A stretch of DNA of 64,000 nucleotides from Nanobdellati archaeon (GTDB lineage Archaea > EX4484-52 > GLR71), in NCBI GenBank assembly GCA_019429005.1, contig JAHYJR010000001.1, positions 223,048 to 287,047 on the forward strand. The letters are read 5' to 3'. A program made the translations under genes and the position numbers. Below are positions 1 to 10,263 of the stretch, piece after piece. Every line of letters begins with the position of its first letter. The stretch's first letter is position 1. The notes below the pieces were generated by a model, which saw nothing but the letters and a program-made list of their open reading frames with translations, was not told the DNA's origin and did no database searches.

Positions 1-875
1 CATTTATCTCCAATAAGTTCTTTACCTTTGAATTCTTCAAGAATTTTAACGGTTTTATCTTGATATTCTAGTTTAGATGCTGCTTTTTTGCTTATGTACC
101 AAATGTCATCATTTATTTTGACTTTTACATAAGTAGCTTGCGGATTAATCCAGATATTTGTAACACCATAAACAGTTTCTGGTCTTAATGTTGATGCAAC
201 AAGATATCCGTCTTTGTAAGGGTACTTTATGCAAGTATATTCCTGAATCGCCAAATCAATCTCATCACCACTTAAGATATCATCTTCACCAACAGCATTT
301 TGATCATTTAAACAGAATAATATTGGATATTTTCCTTTTTCTAAATAATTTTTATCTTTAAGTTTATTGAATTGCCACGTTACAAAAGCATTGTATTCTG
401 TATCTCCTGTTGTGAAACTCCGTCTCCAGTCAATACTTGTTCCAAGTTCATCAAAACCCGTTTTAAATGTTTTTGCAAAATAATTTACAATATTCCATGG
501 TTCTTTAAAGCTTTCAACAATTTTTTTGACGTCATCTTTATTTTTTGTATCTAATGCAACATATTCTGTAAAACGCGTTTTTATTATTTTATCATTATTT
601 TGTATTCCTCTTGATATTGCAAGAACGGGTGTTCCTGTTATATGGAATGCCATCGGGAATAAAACATTATAACCTTTAAGTCTTTTGTATCTTGCAAAGG
701 CGTCACCACATGTAAAGGTTCTTCCATGACCTATGTGTTGTGGTCCATTTGTGTATGGATATGGCACGGTTATGAAATATTTTTTCTGGTTGAAGATAGG
801 GTTTGCTTCAAAAACTTTTTCTTTTGCCCATTTATCTTGCCATTTTTTTTCAATTTTTTTAAAATCCATACTCAT
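1..875 (-). CDS. leuS: Leucyl-tRNA synthetase, archaeal type (N-terminal part; runs off the left edge)
   Basis: Manual translation: MSMDFKKIEKKWQDKW...YFITVPYPYTNGPQHIGHGRTF...FPMAFHITGTP (HIGH motif). AAGGTG SD-like element upstream. Not in the ORF track because there is no stop in the window. Confidence 0.95.
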   Translation of the reverse strand, partial: MSMDFKKIEKKWQDKWAKEKVFEANPIFNQKKYFITVPYPYTNGPQHIGHGRTFTCGDAFARYKRLKGYNVLFPMAFHITGTPVLAISRGIQNNDKIIKTRFTEYVALDTKNKDDVKKIVESFKEPWNIVNYFAKTFKTGFDELGTSIDWRRSFTTGDTEYNAFVTWQFNKLKDKNYLEKGKYPILFCLNDQNAVGEDDILSGDEIDLAIQEYTCIKYPYKDGYLVASTLRPETVYGVTNIWINPQATYVKVKINDDIWYISKKAASKLEYQDKTVKILEEFKGKELIGDK

Positions 876-983
876 TTAAGACACCTTATGTTTGGTTTAT
901 CTATGGATATTTTTAAAATTATTGTTGTTGATGCTTAGAAATTGTTGAATATGTATTATTTAGGGCTAGGCGAGATTTTAGAT

Positions 984-1826
984 TTATAATCCGTATTTTT
1001 TATTGAATCTCGTAATTTTTTGATTAAATCGTTCTGTTTCTTTATCATTTAACATTGTATGTATGGTTTCAAGCCTATCTTTTGCAGTTTCATATAATTT
1101 TAAATCTTGTTCCTGTTTTTTTTGCATATAGCCTAATTCCATTTCAAATCTACTTTTATCTACAGATTGTTTTAGTTCTTGTGAGGTTGGTGTGGTGTCG
1201 CCTATATAGTTATTTAAACTTGGTACTTTTTCAACTTGTTCAAGTTTATATTTAATAGCATTTATGTCATTTTTTTGTTTTTCAAGTGTATTTAATGTAA
1301 TTTTTATTTCTCTTTCTACTCCATAGTGTGTGCTTTTTAATTGTTCTTCTTTTAGTTTTGGGTTATTTATGATTGTATCTAAATCACCAAGATAATTTTC
1401 TGCTGCTTTTTCTTTTTGTTCAAGTTCGGATTGATAAATCGCTTGCTTACTCTGTAGAGAATCTAGTCCGGCCTGAACTGCCTTTTTAGCGTAACAATCT
1501 ACCGTTTTGTTTTTATATTGTATACCCTGTTGATTTAGTTCTATATTATCTTGACGCTTCAATTTTTCATAACCTGATGTTGGCAGTTCTTGTTTTCCCG
1601 CATATTTTTCAGCTTTTTGAACTGTTTGATTGTATGAACTTTCAGCTTTTTGTAATTCAATAAGTGCACCATTAAAAGTTCTATTTGCTGTATTATTTTC
1701 TATAGATAACTCTTCAGCACGTTTTTTTTCATTATTAATTCCCAAAAAGCCTACCGAAACAATAATGGTTAAGGTTACAGAAACAATTTGCATAATTTCA
1801 ACAAATACCAATTCAAGTGATGTCAT
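984..1826 (-). CDS. Hypothetical protein, N-terminal membrane anchor plus long coiled coil
   Basis: 280-aa ORF with a hydrophobic N-terminus followed by E/K/Q-rich helical sequence. Confidence 0.7.
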   Translation of the reverse strand: MTSLELVFVEIMQIVSVTLTIIVSVGFLGINNEKKRAEELSIENNTANRTFNGALIELQKAESSYNQTVQKAEKYAGKQELPTSGYEKLKRQDNIELNQQGIQYKNKTVDCYAKKAVQAGLDSLQSKQAIYQSELEQKEKAAENYLGDLDTIINNPKLKEEQLKSTHYGVEREIKITLNTLEKQKNDINAIKYKLEQVEKVPSLNNYIGDTTPTSQELKQSVDKSRFEMELGYMQKKQEQDLKLYETAKDRLETIHTMLNDKETERFNQKITRFNKKYGL

Positions 1827-2002
1827 AGAAAAATATTGTATTGTTTAGTATATATATTTTATTATAGTTTATCTAAAAGAATTCATCAGGTGCGGTTTAA
1901 TCTTATATACTTTTAATGTTAAATAATTTACATCAGTATTAGTTAAATATTTAAATCATAAGCGTACATTAATTTTATATTAATAAATCGGTGTTTTATT
2001 TT

Positions 2003-2776
2003 ATGGGTCGTGTAATCTGTCTTGTATCGGGTAAAGGTGGTGTTGGAAAAACTACACTTGCGTCCAATATAGCTATGGCATTAAATAATTTTGGAAAAAA
2101 TACAGTTGTCATTGATACAAACCTTACAACACCAAATTTAGGTTTTCATCTTGGTGTACCACTTTATCCTAAAACCTTTCATGATGTTTTGAATGGTACA
2201 GCTACTTATGAAGAAGCAACTTATACACATCCTTCAGGTCTTAGAGTTATGCCTGCTGGAATATCTTTAAGAGATCTTAAAAATACAAATTTATCACAGA
2301 TGGATAACGTTGTTCTCGATATTGCAGATAACCATGACATTGTAATTCTTGACGGTGCTGCAGGTCTTGGAAAAGAAGGTAAGGCGAGTTTAAGTGCAGC
2401 AGATGAAGCTCTTATTGTAACAAATCCACAGCTTCCATCAGTTACAGATGCTCTTAAGACAATAAAAATCGCAGAAGAGCTTGGTACAAAAATACTTGGT
2501 GTGGCTTTAAATCGTTCAAAAAATCATCCTTCCGAATTATCACAAAATGAAGTTGAAGCACTTTTAGGTTATCCGGTTATTTCAATTATACCTGATGAGA
2601 ATCATATTATAGACAGTCTTGCAGCAAAGACGCCTATTGTGGCATTCAAACCAAACACACGTTCAGCTCAAGAGATAAAGAAACTCGCTGCATGTTTAAT
2701 CGGTATTGATTATGACATCCCTGTTCAGAAAGAATATGGATTGTTTTCTAGAATTTTTGGTTTTCTTAAAGGTTAA
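2003..2776 (+). CDS. minD: MinD-family ATPase (archaeal MinD)
   Basis: Deviant Walker A SGKGGVGKTT, DTNL..PNLG motif, C-terminal amphipathic FSRIFGFLKG. ATG at 2003 is preferred over GTG at 1991. Confidence 0.92.
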   Translation: MGRVICLVSGKGGVGKTTLASNIAMALNNFGKNTVVIDTNLTTPNLGFHLGVPLYPKTFHDVLNGTATYEEATYTHPSGLRVMPAGISLRDLKNTNLSQMDNVVLDIADNHDIVILDGAAGLGKEGKASLSAADEALIVTNPQLPSVTDALKTIKIAEELGTKILGVALNRSKNHPSELSQNEVEALLGYPVISIIPDENHIIDSLAAKTPIVAFKPNTRSAQEIKKLAACLIGIDYDIPVQKEYGLFSRIFGFLKG

Positions 2777-2831
2777 GTTTTTAGTTTAACTTTTTTTTAA
2801 AACATTTTAGTTTTTGTATTATACTAAAACC

Positions 2832-3079
2832 TTATTTTCCTATGTTAGTTAATGCATTCAGTGCTAAAAATGCTGCAATAATTAATCCCGAAAACAATAA
2901 TAGTAAAGAAACATTGCTAACTATATCAGTTTGTTATCACAAGTATTATAATAATGCCGATTAAGAGGTAAAGAAACATTGCTAAAGATATCAGTTTGAG
3001 CGAAAAAATAACTAAGCACTAACATTATGCTTGACAAAGTTGTTAAAGACCAATTTTGAGATATAGACTCTTTAGACAT
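2832..3079 (-). pseudogene. Small two-TM membrane protein gene disrupted by a 65-nt internal duplication
   Basis: 31-bp direct repeats at 2903-2933 and 2968-2998. Removing one 65-nt period restores a 60-aa ORF. Confidence 0.5.
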
Positions 3080-3164
3080 AAGTTATAATGGTTTTTTTTT
3101 GTATAAATATTTGTTTATCAAAATTACACCCCACAAATTTAAACCTAAACAACCAATTTATCCT

Positions 3165-4181
3165 ATGCAAGACACAAATAAAGACCTTGAACGTTACACA
3201 AGACAGATGATACTTAAAGGCTTTTTTAAGAAAGATCAGCTAAAGCTTCAAGGATCAAAGGTTGTAATCATTGGTCTCGGTGCCTTAGGGTCTGTCGCGT
3301 CAGAACTTATACTGCGCGCAGGTGTGAAGAATCTAGTTCTTGTGGATAGGGATTTTGTCGAGCGTAGTAATCTGCAAAGACAACTATTATACGCAGAAAA
3401 GCATGTTGGTATGCCAAAGCCAAATGCTGCAAAAGAAGTCTTAAATCAAATTGATACATCTGCTAATATCTCCATATTCGTTACAGATATTAATTCCTCA
3501 AACATAGAATCCATCGTGAATAAATGTGATCTCATACTTGATTGTACAGATAATATGGAAACTCGTTTTTTGATAAATGATGTTAGCCTAAAACATAACA
3601 TTCCATGGATTTATGCTGCAGCTGTGGGTTTTCAAGGAACAACATTTAATATTATACCAGGAAAAACAGCTTGTCTAAGATGTGTTTTCAGCAAAGTACC
3701 ACAAGGTCTTGATACATGTGACACGGCAGGCATCCTTTCAACTGTATCTGTATCAATCTCAGCATTACAAGTCACAGAAGCACTAAAAATCCTCACACAA
3801 AAACAATTTTCAAAAGATATGATATATTACGATGTATGGAATCAAACATTTGAACATTCTAAACTATTGAAAAACAAATCCTGTCCAGCTTGTAATAATA
3901 TTTATGAGTATCTTGATAAAAAAGAACATTCAAAGACAATAACGTTATGTGGTCGTGGTGCTTACCAGATTATACCTAAGGATGCTATAAAATTAAATAT
4001 AGAACTATTGGCTGATAAGCTTTCAAGATTAGGTTCTGTAAAATCATTTAAACCACATCTGATACATTTTAAATTAGAAGATAAAGCCCTCTCTATTTTT
4101 TCAGATGGTCGTGCAATAATAAAAGGTGCAAAAAGTATTTCAGATGCTCGAAGTCTTTATTCTAGGTTTGTTGGCAATTAA
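3165..4181 (+). CDS. moeB: ThiF/MoeB-family (E1-like) adenylyltransferase with C-terminal extension
   Basis: RYTRQ, GLGALGS, DRDFVERSNLQRQ, DCTDN, two CxxC zinc motifs, catalytic-type Cys in TCDTAG. ATG at 3165 preferred. Confidence 0.92.
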   Translation: MQDTNKDLERYTRQMILKGFFKKDQLKLQGSKVVIIGLGALGSVASELILRAGVKNLVLVDRDFVERSNLQRQLLYAEKHVGMPKPNAAKEVLNQIDTSANISIFVTDINSSNIESIVNKCDLILDCTDNMETRFLINDVSLKHNIPWIYAAAVGFQGTTFNIIPGKTACLRCVFSKVPQGLDTCDTAGILSTVSVSISALQVTEALKILTQKQFSKDMIYYDVWNQTFEHSKLLKNKSCPACNNIYEYLDKKEHSKTITLCGRGAYQIIPKDAIKLNIELLADKLSRLGSVKSFKPHLIHFKLEDKALSIFSDGRAIIKGAKSISDARSLYSRFVGN

Positions 4182-4228
4182 AATCAATATAGCTATAATT
4201 TATAAAATTATAATCTTAATTCACTTCC

Positions 4229-4906
4229 ATGGCAAAAGAATTATCAAAAGTATCTAAAAATAAATCCGTTAAGTTAGTGTCATTAATATCGGGCGGTATT
4301 GATTCGCCGGTTGCAACCCACCTTATGCTTAAAAAAGGTGTTGACTTAGTTTTTGTACATATGGATAACAGACCGTTTATAGATGATAGGCCTTTGAATA
4401 AAGTAATGTCTTTACTTGAGCATCTTGCAAAATTACATAAAAAAGATTTGAAGTTATATGTTGTACCTCATGGTCCAAATCAGTCTTTGTTTGCATCTTC
4501 ATGTGATCGAAAACTTACCTGTGTTCTTTGCAGGCGTATGATGTATCGTGTTGGAGAAAATGTTGCTAAATTAGAGAATGCTGATGCGATTTTAACAGGT
4601 GAAAGTTTAGGTCAAGTTGCAAGTCAAACGCTTGATAATCTATTTGTTGAGAAACAAAGTATCGCTACAAGGGTTTTAAGTCCATTAATTGGTTTTGATA
4701 AGGAAGAGACAATAAAAATCGCAAAAGAGATTGGCACATATGAAATATCTATACTTCCTGGAGAATGTTGTAGTCTTACACCGCTTTATCCTGAAACTCA
4801 TGCAAATTTGAAATATGTAGAATCTGAGGAATCTAATATTGATATAACATCTTTACTTGATGAATCTGTTAGTAACGCAAAGATTATTACAATCAAGTTT
4901 AAGTGA
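4229..4906 (+). CDS. thiI: ThiI/TtuI-like sulfurtransferase, PP-loop catalytic domain only
   Basis: SGGIDSPVA PP-loop, CVLC, TGESLGQVASQT, PLIGFDKEETI, ECC. No N-terminal THUMP region (225 aa). Confidence 0.85.
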   Translation: MAKELSKVSKNKSVKLVSLISGGIDSPVATHLMLKKGVDLVFVHMDNRPFIDDRPLNKVMSLLEHLAKLHKKDLKLYVVPHGPNQSLFASSCDRKLTCVLCRRMMYRVGENVAKLENADAILTGESLGQVASQTLDNLFVEKQSIATRVLSPLIGFDKEETIKIAKEIGTYEISILPGECCSLTPLYPETHANLKYVESEESNIDITSLLDESVSNAKIITIKFK

Positions 4907-4945
4907 TTGTTATAATTATTATTTGATGAATGTGTGTTGGGTTAT

Positions 4946-6346
4946 ATGGGTTCTAAAACAAAAAATCAAAAATACCTTAAACCAAAATCAAACACATCCT
5001 TAAATCTAAACTGGAATCATCTGAGTTATCTTATTTTTATCATATCAACACTATTTTTTATTATCCAACGGTATATGGGTCCTCAATGGGATTTTCTTGT
5101 ATATGTTTCAAATGCAAAATACCTTTTTGATGGAGGAACTTATTTTGAATGGTGTCGTTCGCCAATGATCTCTGTGATTATGTATCTTTTAAGTTTCGTC
5201 GGTTGGACTTTATCAGAATATTTTTATCTTATATTTGTATCTATTTTATTTTTTGTTGCGACTGGAAAATTTGCAGAAAAATGGAATCTAGATAAAAACC
5301 TATTTTATCCTTTATCAATGTCATTTTTTGTCTTATTTTTTGGTGCTTCAAACGGTACCGAAATATTATCTGTATCTTTTCTATTACTCTTTTTTGCATA
5401 CATTGAAACAATTTTAGCAGGAGGTTTTATAGCATTAGCATTTTTATCCAGATACACTGTGATAACTTTAGTACCATTTTTGTTGTTGCAACGAAATATC
5501 AAAAAGATATTCTTATCATCTCTGTTATTTTTATTGATTTTATCGCCATGGTTTTTGTATAATTTTTATATGACTGGAAATCCTTTAATGAGCGTTATTG
5601 ATTCTTATTCTCTGAATGTTAAGTATCGTCTTGAATACATGATGCATCCTCAAAACATCAATCATTTTGTGCAAGTTGTAGGTTTATTGGCGCCCCTTTT
5701 TATTATGGGTCTTTATAAATCATTTAGATCTTTAATCTCAAAAGCATCATCTTTTAAAGATATTATTGTCTCTGGATTGAAAAATGTTTATTATAGGGAT
5801 GCGGTTATGTTTATCTTCTTTATTATGACAGTATATTACTATCTTGGCACACCATTTAAAGTCGAAAGATATCTTTTTAATCTGATAATACCTGTGACTT
5901 ATTTTTCAGTTAGGTATTTATCTTCATTTGATTCAAATAAAATAAAATTATTTTTATACCCTATTGTTACATTAAATTTAATTGTAGCATTATTAATTCT
6001 GTTTGTTACAATACCTTACACAACTCAATTTTTATCAGACGATTATTTAGATATTAAGGATTGTCGTCTAATATCAAATGCATGGGCTCCTTTAAATTAT
6101 CGTGATTTTGTGTCAGAACCTGCTCCAAACCCGACAAAACTTTTAGAAAATATTGATAACGGTTACATGTTCCTATATTTTAAATCAATTGGTGAACCGG
6201 AATATATGTTAGATTCAAATTATACAAAACAGTTACCTATAATACGCGAAGCTGACAAATATATAATATTTGGCACAGGTGTTTGTTTGAATCGGCTCGA
6301 TAAATATGAACATTTGTATCTAAGGTCAATTGGTGTATTACCATGA
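4946..6346 (+). CDS. Polytopic membrane glycosyltransferase (GT-C fold, PMT/GT39-like)
   Basis: About 10 hydrophobic segments; WD..VY..NA..L loop, R.P motif, LAFLSRY, PW..YN...GNP, K.ERY. Confidence 0.75.
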   Translation: MGSKTKNQKYLKPKSNTSLNLNWNHLSYLIFIISTLFFIIQRYMGPQWDFLVYVSNAKYLFDGGTYFEWCRSPMISVIMYLLSFVGWTLSEYFYLIFVSILFFVATGKFAEKWNLDKNLFYPLSMSFFVLFFGASNGTEILSVSFLLLFFAYIETILAGGFIALAFLSRYTVITLVPFLLLQRNIKKIFLSSLLFLLILSPWFLYNFYMTGNPLMSVIDSYSLNVKYRLEYMMHPQNINHFVQVVGLLAPLFIMGLYKSFRSLISKASSFKDIIVSGLKNVYYRDAVMFIFFIMTVYYYLGTPFKVERYLFNLIIPVTYFSVRYLSSFDSNKIKLFLYPIVTLNLIVALLILFVTIPYTTQFLSDDYLDIKDCRLISNAWAPLNYRDFVSEPAPNPTKLLENIDNGYMFLYFKSIGEPEYMLDSNYTKQLPIIREADKYIIFGTGVCLNRLDKYEHLYLRSIGVLP

Positions 6347-6975
6347 TACTTGAAGAATTTTATGCGTTAATGTCACATAAGGATTGTGGTGAGTGTGGAT
6401 TTTCTAGTTGTAGGACCTTTGCACGAAAACTAATACGGAAAACTTCAAAAATAGAGGGTTGTAAACATCTTAATATTGGTGCATCTAAGCAGATTAACGA
6501 AATTCTTAAATGTAAAAAAATAATTCTTACAAAAGTATCAATGACTGGTAAAGGTATGCTTGTATTGCAACCTTGTCATTCTAAAGGTAAGCGTATGGCT
6601 GAATTCCAGATTAAACCATATAATGATCTATTTGGTGTATTTGATCTTGAAGCACTTAATACTTGTATCTCTAGTTGTAAGGATTTTACAGATATAAAAA
6701 AATCTATAAATCTTGGTGTAATAACATTTTCATATTTTGAAAAGAAAGTGTTTGTATTTTCAAGCGGTCTTGTTAGGGTAAAACAAGCAAAAAGTCAAGA
6801 AGATATATTAAATGCATCTGGATTTATACTGGAAAAAATAATTGGTTCTCTGATACTTGATGATGATGAACTCCTTTTAGAACACAAAAGTTTTGATTCT
6901 GATTTATTTGAAAATTCAGTCTGGTATCTTTTAAACCTCAAACGGGAAGGTACAAAAATAAAGGATTTAATTTAA
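6343..6975 (+). CDS. Fe-S cluster-binding protein (N-terminal DCGECGxxxCxxFA domain)
   Basis: DCGECGFSSCRTFA...C four-Cys motif; C-terminal VFVFSSGLVRV segment; ATGA overlap with the upstream gene. Confidence 0.75.
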   Translation: MILEEFYALMSHKDCGECGFSSCRTFARKLIRKTSKIEGCKHLNIGASKQINEILKCKKIILTKVSMTGKGMLVLQPCHSKGKRMAEFQIKPYNDLFGVFDLEALNTCISSCKDFTDIKKSINLGVITFSYFEKKVFVFSSGLVRVKQAKSQEDILNASGFILEKIIGSLILDDDELLLEHKSFDSDLFENSVWYLLNLKREGTKIKDLI

Positions 6976-6977
6976 AC

Positions 6978-8186
6978 CTATTTGAAAAATTCAATAGCTT
7001 CAAGAACCTTTTCTGCAAATAATGTAATCTCATTTTTAGTATTATAATAATATGCAGATGCTCTTGCAGATCCCGCAATCTTATTTTTATTAAACCATGA
7101 ATGTACGCAATGTGCACCTGAACGTATCATTATATTTGCAGATTCATCAAGTATCATTGCAATATCGTGCGGACTTATTCCTTCTACATAGAAACTGAAT
7201 ATTCCACCTCTTTGTGTTGAATCAGATGGTCCTATTATATTGACTTTATCTCTAAGCAGTCTTGTTGCAATATTGTTAAGCATGATTTCATGATTTTGTA
7301 TGTTTTCAATACCAATTTTGGTAAGGTAATCTATTGCAGCACCTAAACCTATTATTCCAGGATAATTTTGTAATCCTGCCTCAAATTTCTCTGGAAGTGG
7401 ACTTAATTTATATGAATCATATGTGGTATCAATTACAGTGTCACCACCGACAATAAATGGATCCATCTTTTCAAGCAATTCCTGTTTCCCATATAATACA
7501 CCAACTCCATTTGGTCCGCTCATCTTATGTGATGACATAGCAAAGAAATCAACATTAAGTTTAGTGACATCAATTCTTTGGTGTGGTGTGCTTTGTGCAC
7601 CGTCAAGCATCACAAGAGCACCATAGTCATGTGCAATCTTTATGATTTCTTTTGCAGGTATAGTGTATCCATCAATATTTGATGTATGTACCATGCTTAC
7701 AAGTTTGACCTCTTTTGACATTATGGATTCAAATGTGCTTAAGTTAAACGTATTATCTTTATTTGATTCTATAATTTTATAATTTATGTTAGCGTTTTCT
7801 TTTAATTTAAGCCAAGGCATAAGGTTTGAATTATGTTCTTTATCTGTTGTTATTACAATATCATTCCTTTTAAGACCTAATGAATTTGCCACAAGGTTTA
7901 TGCTTTCAGTTGTGTTTTTTGTAAAGATTATTTCAGAATTATTTTTTGCTCCTAAAAAAGTTTTGGTCTTATCTCGTGCAGAATCAACTTGTTCTGTCAC
8001 GATTCTTGCGAATTTATGTGTTGACCTTCCAGAACATGCAGGATATTCATTATAATATTGATTCATAGCATCAATGACTTGTTTTGGTTTAAGTGTCATG
8101 CATGCATTATCGAGATATACTATTGGTTTATTATTAATTTTTCTTTCAAGTACTGGGAAATCTTTACGAATTTGATTAATGTTCAT
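6978..8186 (-). CDS. sufS: Cysteine desulfurase, SufS/class II
   Basis: IRKDFPVL, YLDNA, EHNSN, DGAQS, SSHK (PLP Lys), RSGAHC (catalytic Cys). Confidence 0.95.
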   Translation of the reverse strand: MNINQIRKDFPVLERKINNKPIVYLDNACMTLKPKQVIDAMNQYYNEYPACSGRSTHKFARIVTEQVDSARDKTKTFLGAKNNSEIIFTKNTTESINLVANSLGLKRNDIVITTDKEHNSNLMPWLKLKENANINYKIIESNKDNTFNLSTFESIMSKEVKLVSMVHTSNIDGYTIPAKEIIKIAHDYGALVMLDGAQSTPHQRIDVTKLNVDFFAMSSHKMSGPNGVGVLYGKQELLEKMDPFIVGGDTVIDTTYDSYKLSPLPEKFEAGLQNYPGIIGLGAAIDYLTKIGIENIQNHEIMLNNIATRLLRDKVNIIGPSDSTQRGGIFSFYVEGISPHDIAMILDESANIMIRSGAHCVHSWFNKNKIAGSARASAYYYNTKNEITLFAEKVLEAIEFFK

Positions 8187-8275
8187 AGCAATCACAAGTT
8201 ATAACACTGTTATATTTTATACGTTACTTTAAATAATTTTTTATTGATTCGCGTCCTAATACTCTTTGTGAGTGT

Positions 8276-8779
8276 ATGCAATCTGAAATCTTTTATAGTA
8301 TCTTACCGTTAAGAACAGCGTTTATGGACAGTTTTATGCATCTTTTAACTGAAAGTTATCTTATATTGATACCTCTATTAATTTTATATTTTGCATACAA
8401 AAAAGATAAGAGCGTCATACCGCTTATAGTTGCAATTCTTTTGACTGTATCTGTTGTAACAATTATTAAGACTGTAGTTGCAGAACCAAGACCTTGTGAT
8501 GTGTTATTGGAATTATATCCTGATGGTTGTACAGATACGGGATATTCATTCCCTAGCAGACATACAGCAATAGTCTTTAGTGTTTTACCCTTTTTTGTAG
8601 GAAATGTATTTTATTTTATAGTATATGGTTTGTATGCTTTATTTGTTGCTTTAACCAGAGTTTATTTTGGTCTTCATTATCCTACAGATATTATCGCCGG
8701 CATGATTTTTGGTTATCTGATTGGATATTTTTGTATTAAACATAAAGAAAAGATTGATTCTATTTTTAATATATACTGA
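8276..8779 (+). CDS. PAP2-family membrane phosphatase
   Basis: K-x6-RP, SFPSRH and TRVYFGLHYPTD motifs. Confidence 0.92.
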   Translation: MQSEIFYSILPLRTAFMDSFMHLLTESYLILIPLLILYFAYKKDKSVIPLIVAILLTVSVVTIIKTVVAEPRPCDVLLELYPDGCTDTGYSFPSRHTAIVFSVLPFFVGNVFYFIVYGLYALFVALTRVYFGLHYPTDIIAGMIFGYLIGYFCIKHKEKIDSIFNIY

Positions 8780-8864
8780 AGAGGGTCGTATTGAAATTAC
8801 AAAAACTTATGACCTTGTAACTAAAAATTGTATAACAAATATTACACCTAAGGCGTAGGATAAT

Positions 8865-10091
8865 TTAATTTTTAATTATCCTAACACTTTTTATTCCTTG
8901 TTCTGTTACGCTATCGATTTCAATGGTAGCGTTTCTTAATTTAATTTTTTCGCCTTTTTTAGGAATCTTTTGAAGTTTATGTATTATGTATCCTGCAATT
9001 GTATCAAAATGATCATCTTTTAATTTAAGATTTAGGTATCGATTTACTTTTGAAATTGGTGCTTTTGCGTCAACTTCACTAATTTTATTATTTATTTTTT
9101 TGATAAATATGCTTTCACCCTTACTTTTATCAAATACATCTCCTACAATTTCATTTAATATATTCTCAACTGTTACAAGACCCGAGACATAACTGTGTTC
9201 ATCTACAATAATAACTAATGGTTGTTTTTTATCTTCAAATTCTGTTAATAATGTATCAATCTTTTTAGATTCTGGTACAAAATATGCTGGTCTTATTATT
9301 TTTTTGATTAATATATCTATATCTTTTTTTTCAATATATTTTAAAGTGTCATCAATATCTAATATACCGAGAATTACATTTGTATTTCCTGAATATACTG
9401 GATATTTTGAATGTTTTGATTTTACAATTATATGAATATTATCTTTTATTTTTGTTTCGCCATCAATGAAGGTTATATCTACTTTTGGTGTCATAATATC
9501 TACAACTTTAGTGCCTTTAAATTCAAGTATATTATGCATCATTTCAGCAGTTTCTCTATTTAAAATACCTTCATTTTTACCAATTGTTACAATTGTTTTT
9601 AGTTCATCTTCAGACAGTTCTATTTCATCTTTTGATCCTAGTATTTTAAGGACAAAATTTGATATATTTTCAAAAAATTTAGTAATGGGATATAATACGT
9701 TTGAAAGTAATTCAATCGGTTTTGCTATATTTAATGCAATAAATTCACTATTTTGCGTTGCAATTGTTTTTGGGATAATCGCACCAAAAACAAGCAATAA
9801 GAATGTCATAACACCTGTTGAGATTCCGACTCCAATTGAACCGAACAATTCTGTAAAAATAATTGTTGCAAGGGCTGTTGCACTTATGTTTACAATATTA
9901 TTTCCAAAGAGTATTGTGATTAGAATCTTATGTGGATTTTTTTTGATTTCGTATAGTGTGTCTGCGCCTTTTTTTTCTTCATGGAGCAATGTTTTTGCTT
10001 TAATCATGTTTATTGACATAATAGATGCTTCTATGGCTGAGAATAAACTTGATAATATTATTAATATAATTAATATAATATATTCTATCAT
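8865..10091 (-). CDS. CNNM/hemolysin-family protein (DUF21 + CBS pair + CorC/HlyC domain)
   Basis: LFSAIEAS, GNNIVN, IIPKT, FVPESK, VDEH...GLVT.E, DTIAGY. Confidence 0.92.
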   Translation of the reverse strand: MIEYIILIILIILSSLFSAIEASIMSINMIKAKTLLHEEKKGADTLYEIKKNPHKILITILFGNNIVNISATALATIIFTELFGSIGVGISTGVMTFLLLVFGAIIPKTIATQNSEFIALNIAKPIELLSNVLYPITKFFENISNFVLKILGSKDEIELSEDELKTIVTIGKNEGILNRETAEMMHNILEFKGTKVVDIMTPKVDITFIDGETKIKDNIHIIVKSKHSKYPVYSGNTNVILGILDIDDTLKYIEKKDIDILIKKIIRPAYFVPESKKIDTLLTEFEDKKQPLVIIVDEHSYVSGLVTVENILNEIVGDVFDKSKGESIFIKKINNKISEVDAKAPISKVNRYLNLKLKDDHFDTIAGYIIHKLQKIPKKGEKIKLRNATIEIDSVTEQGIKSVRIIKN

Positions 10092-10263
10092 AAAAGGACG
10101 CCTTTATTACCTGTTATTTAATAGATTATCTTCAGTTTGTATATATATTAATCTGTTTTATCTTATGTTCTATATTTTTTAAAAAGAAAATGTTAGTTTT
10201 TGTTATAGATATATTTATACAATAATTTTAAAGAGGATTGAAAAAATTATTGAAGAAAAAATA

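Noticed and set aside
2903-2998. Mini CRISPR array (31-bp repeats, 34-bp spacer)
   Set aside because: Only two repeats, no cas genes or leader; the repeat is coding sequence of a small membrane gene
9466-10182. 238-aa antisense ORF and the many similar shadow ORFs opposite core genes
   Set aside because: Opposite-strand shadows of confidently identified genes with no motifs of their own
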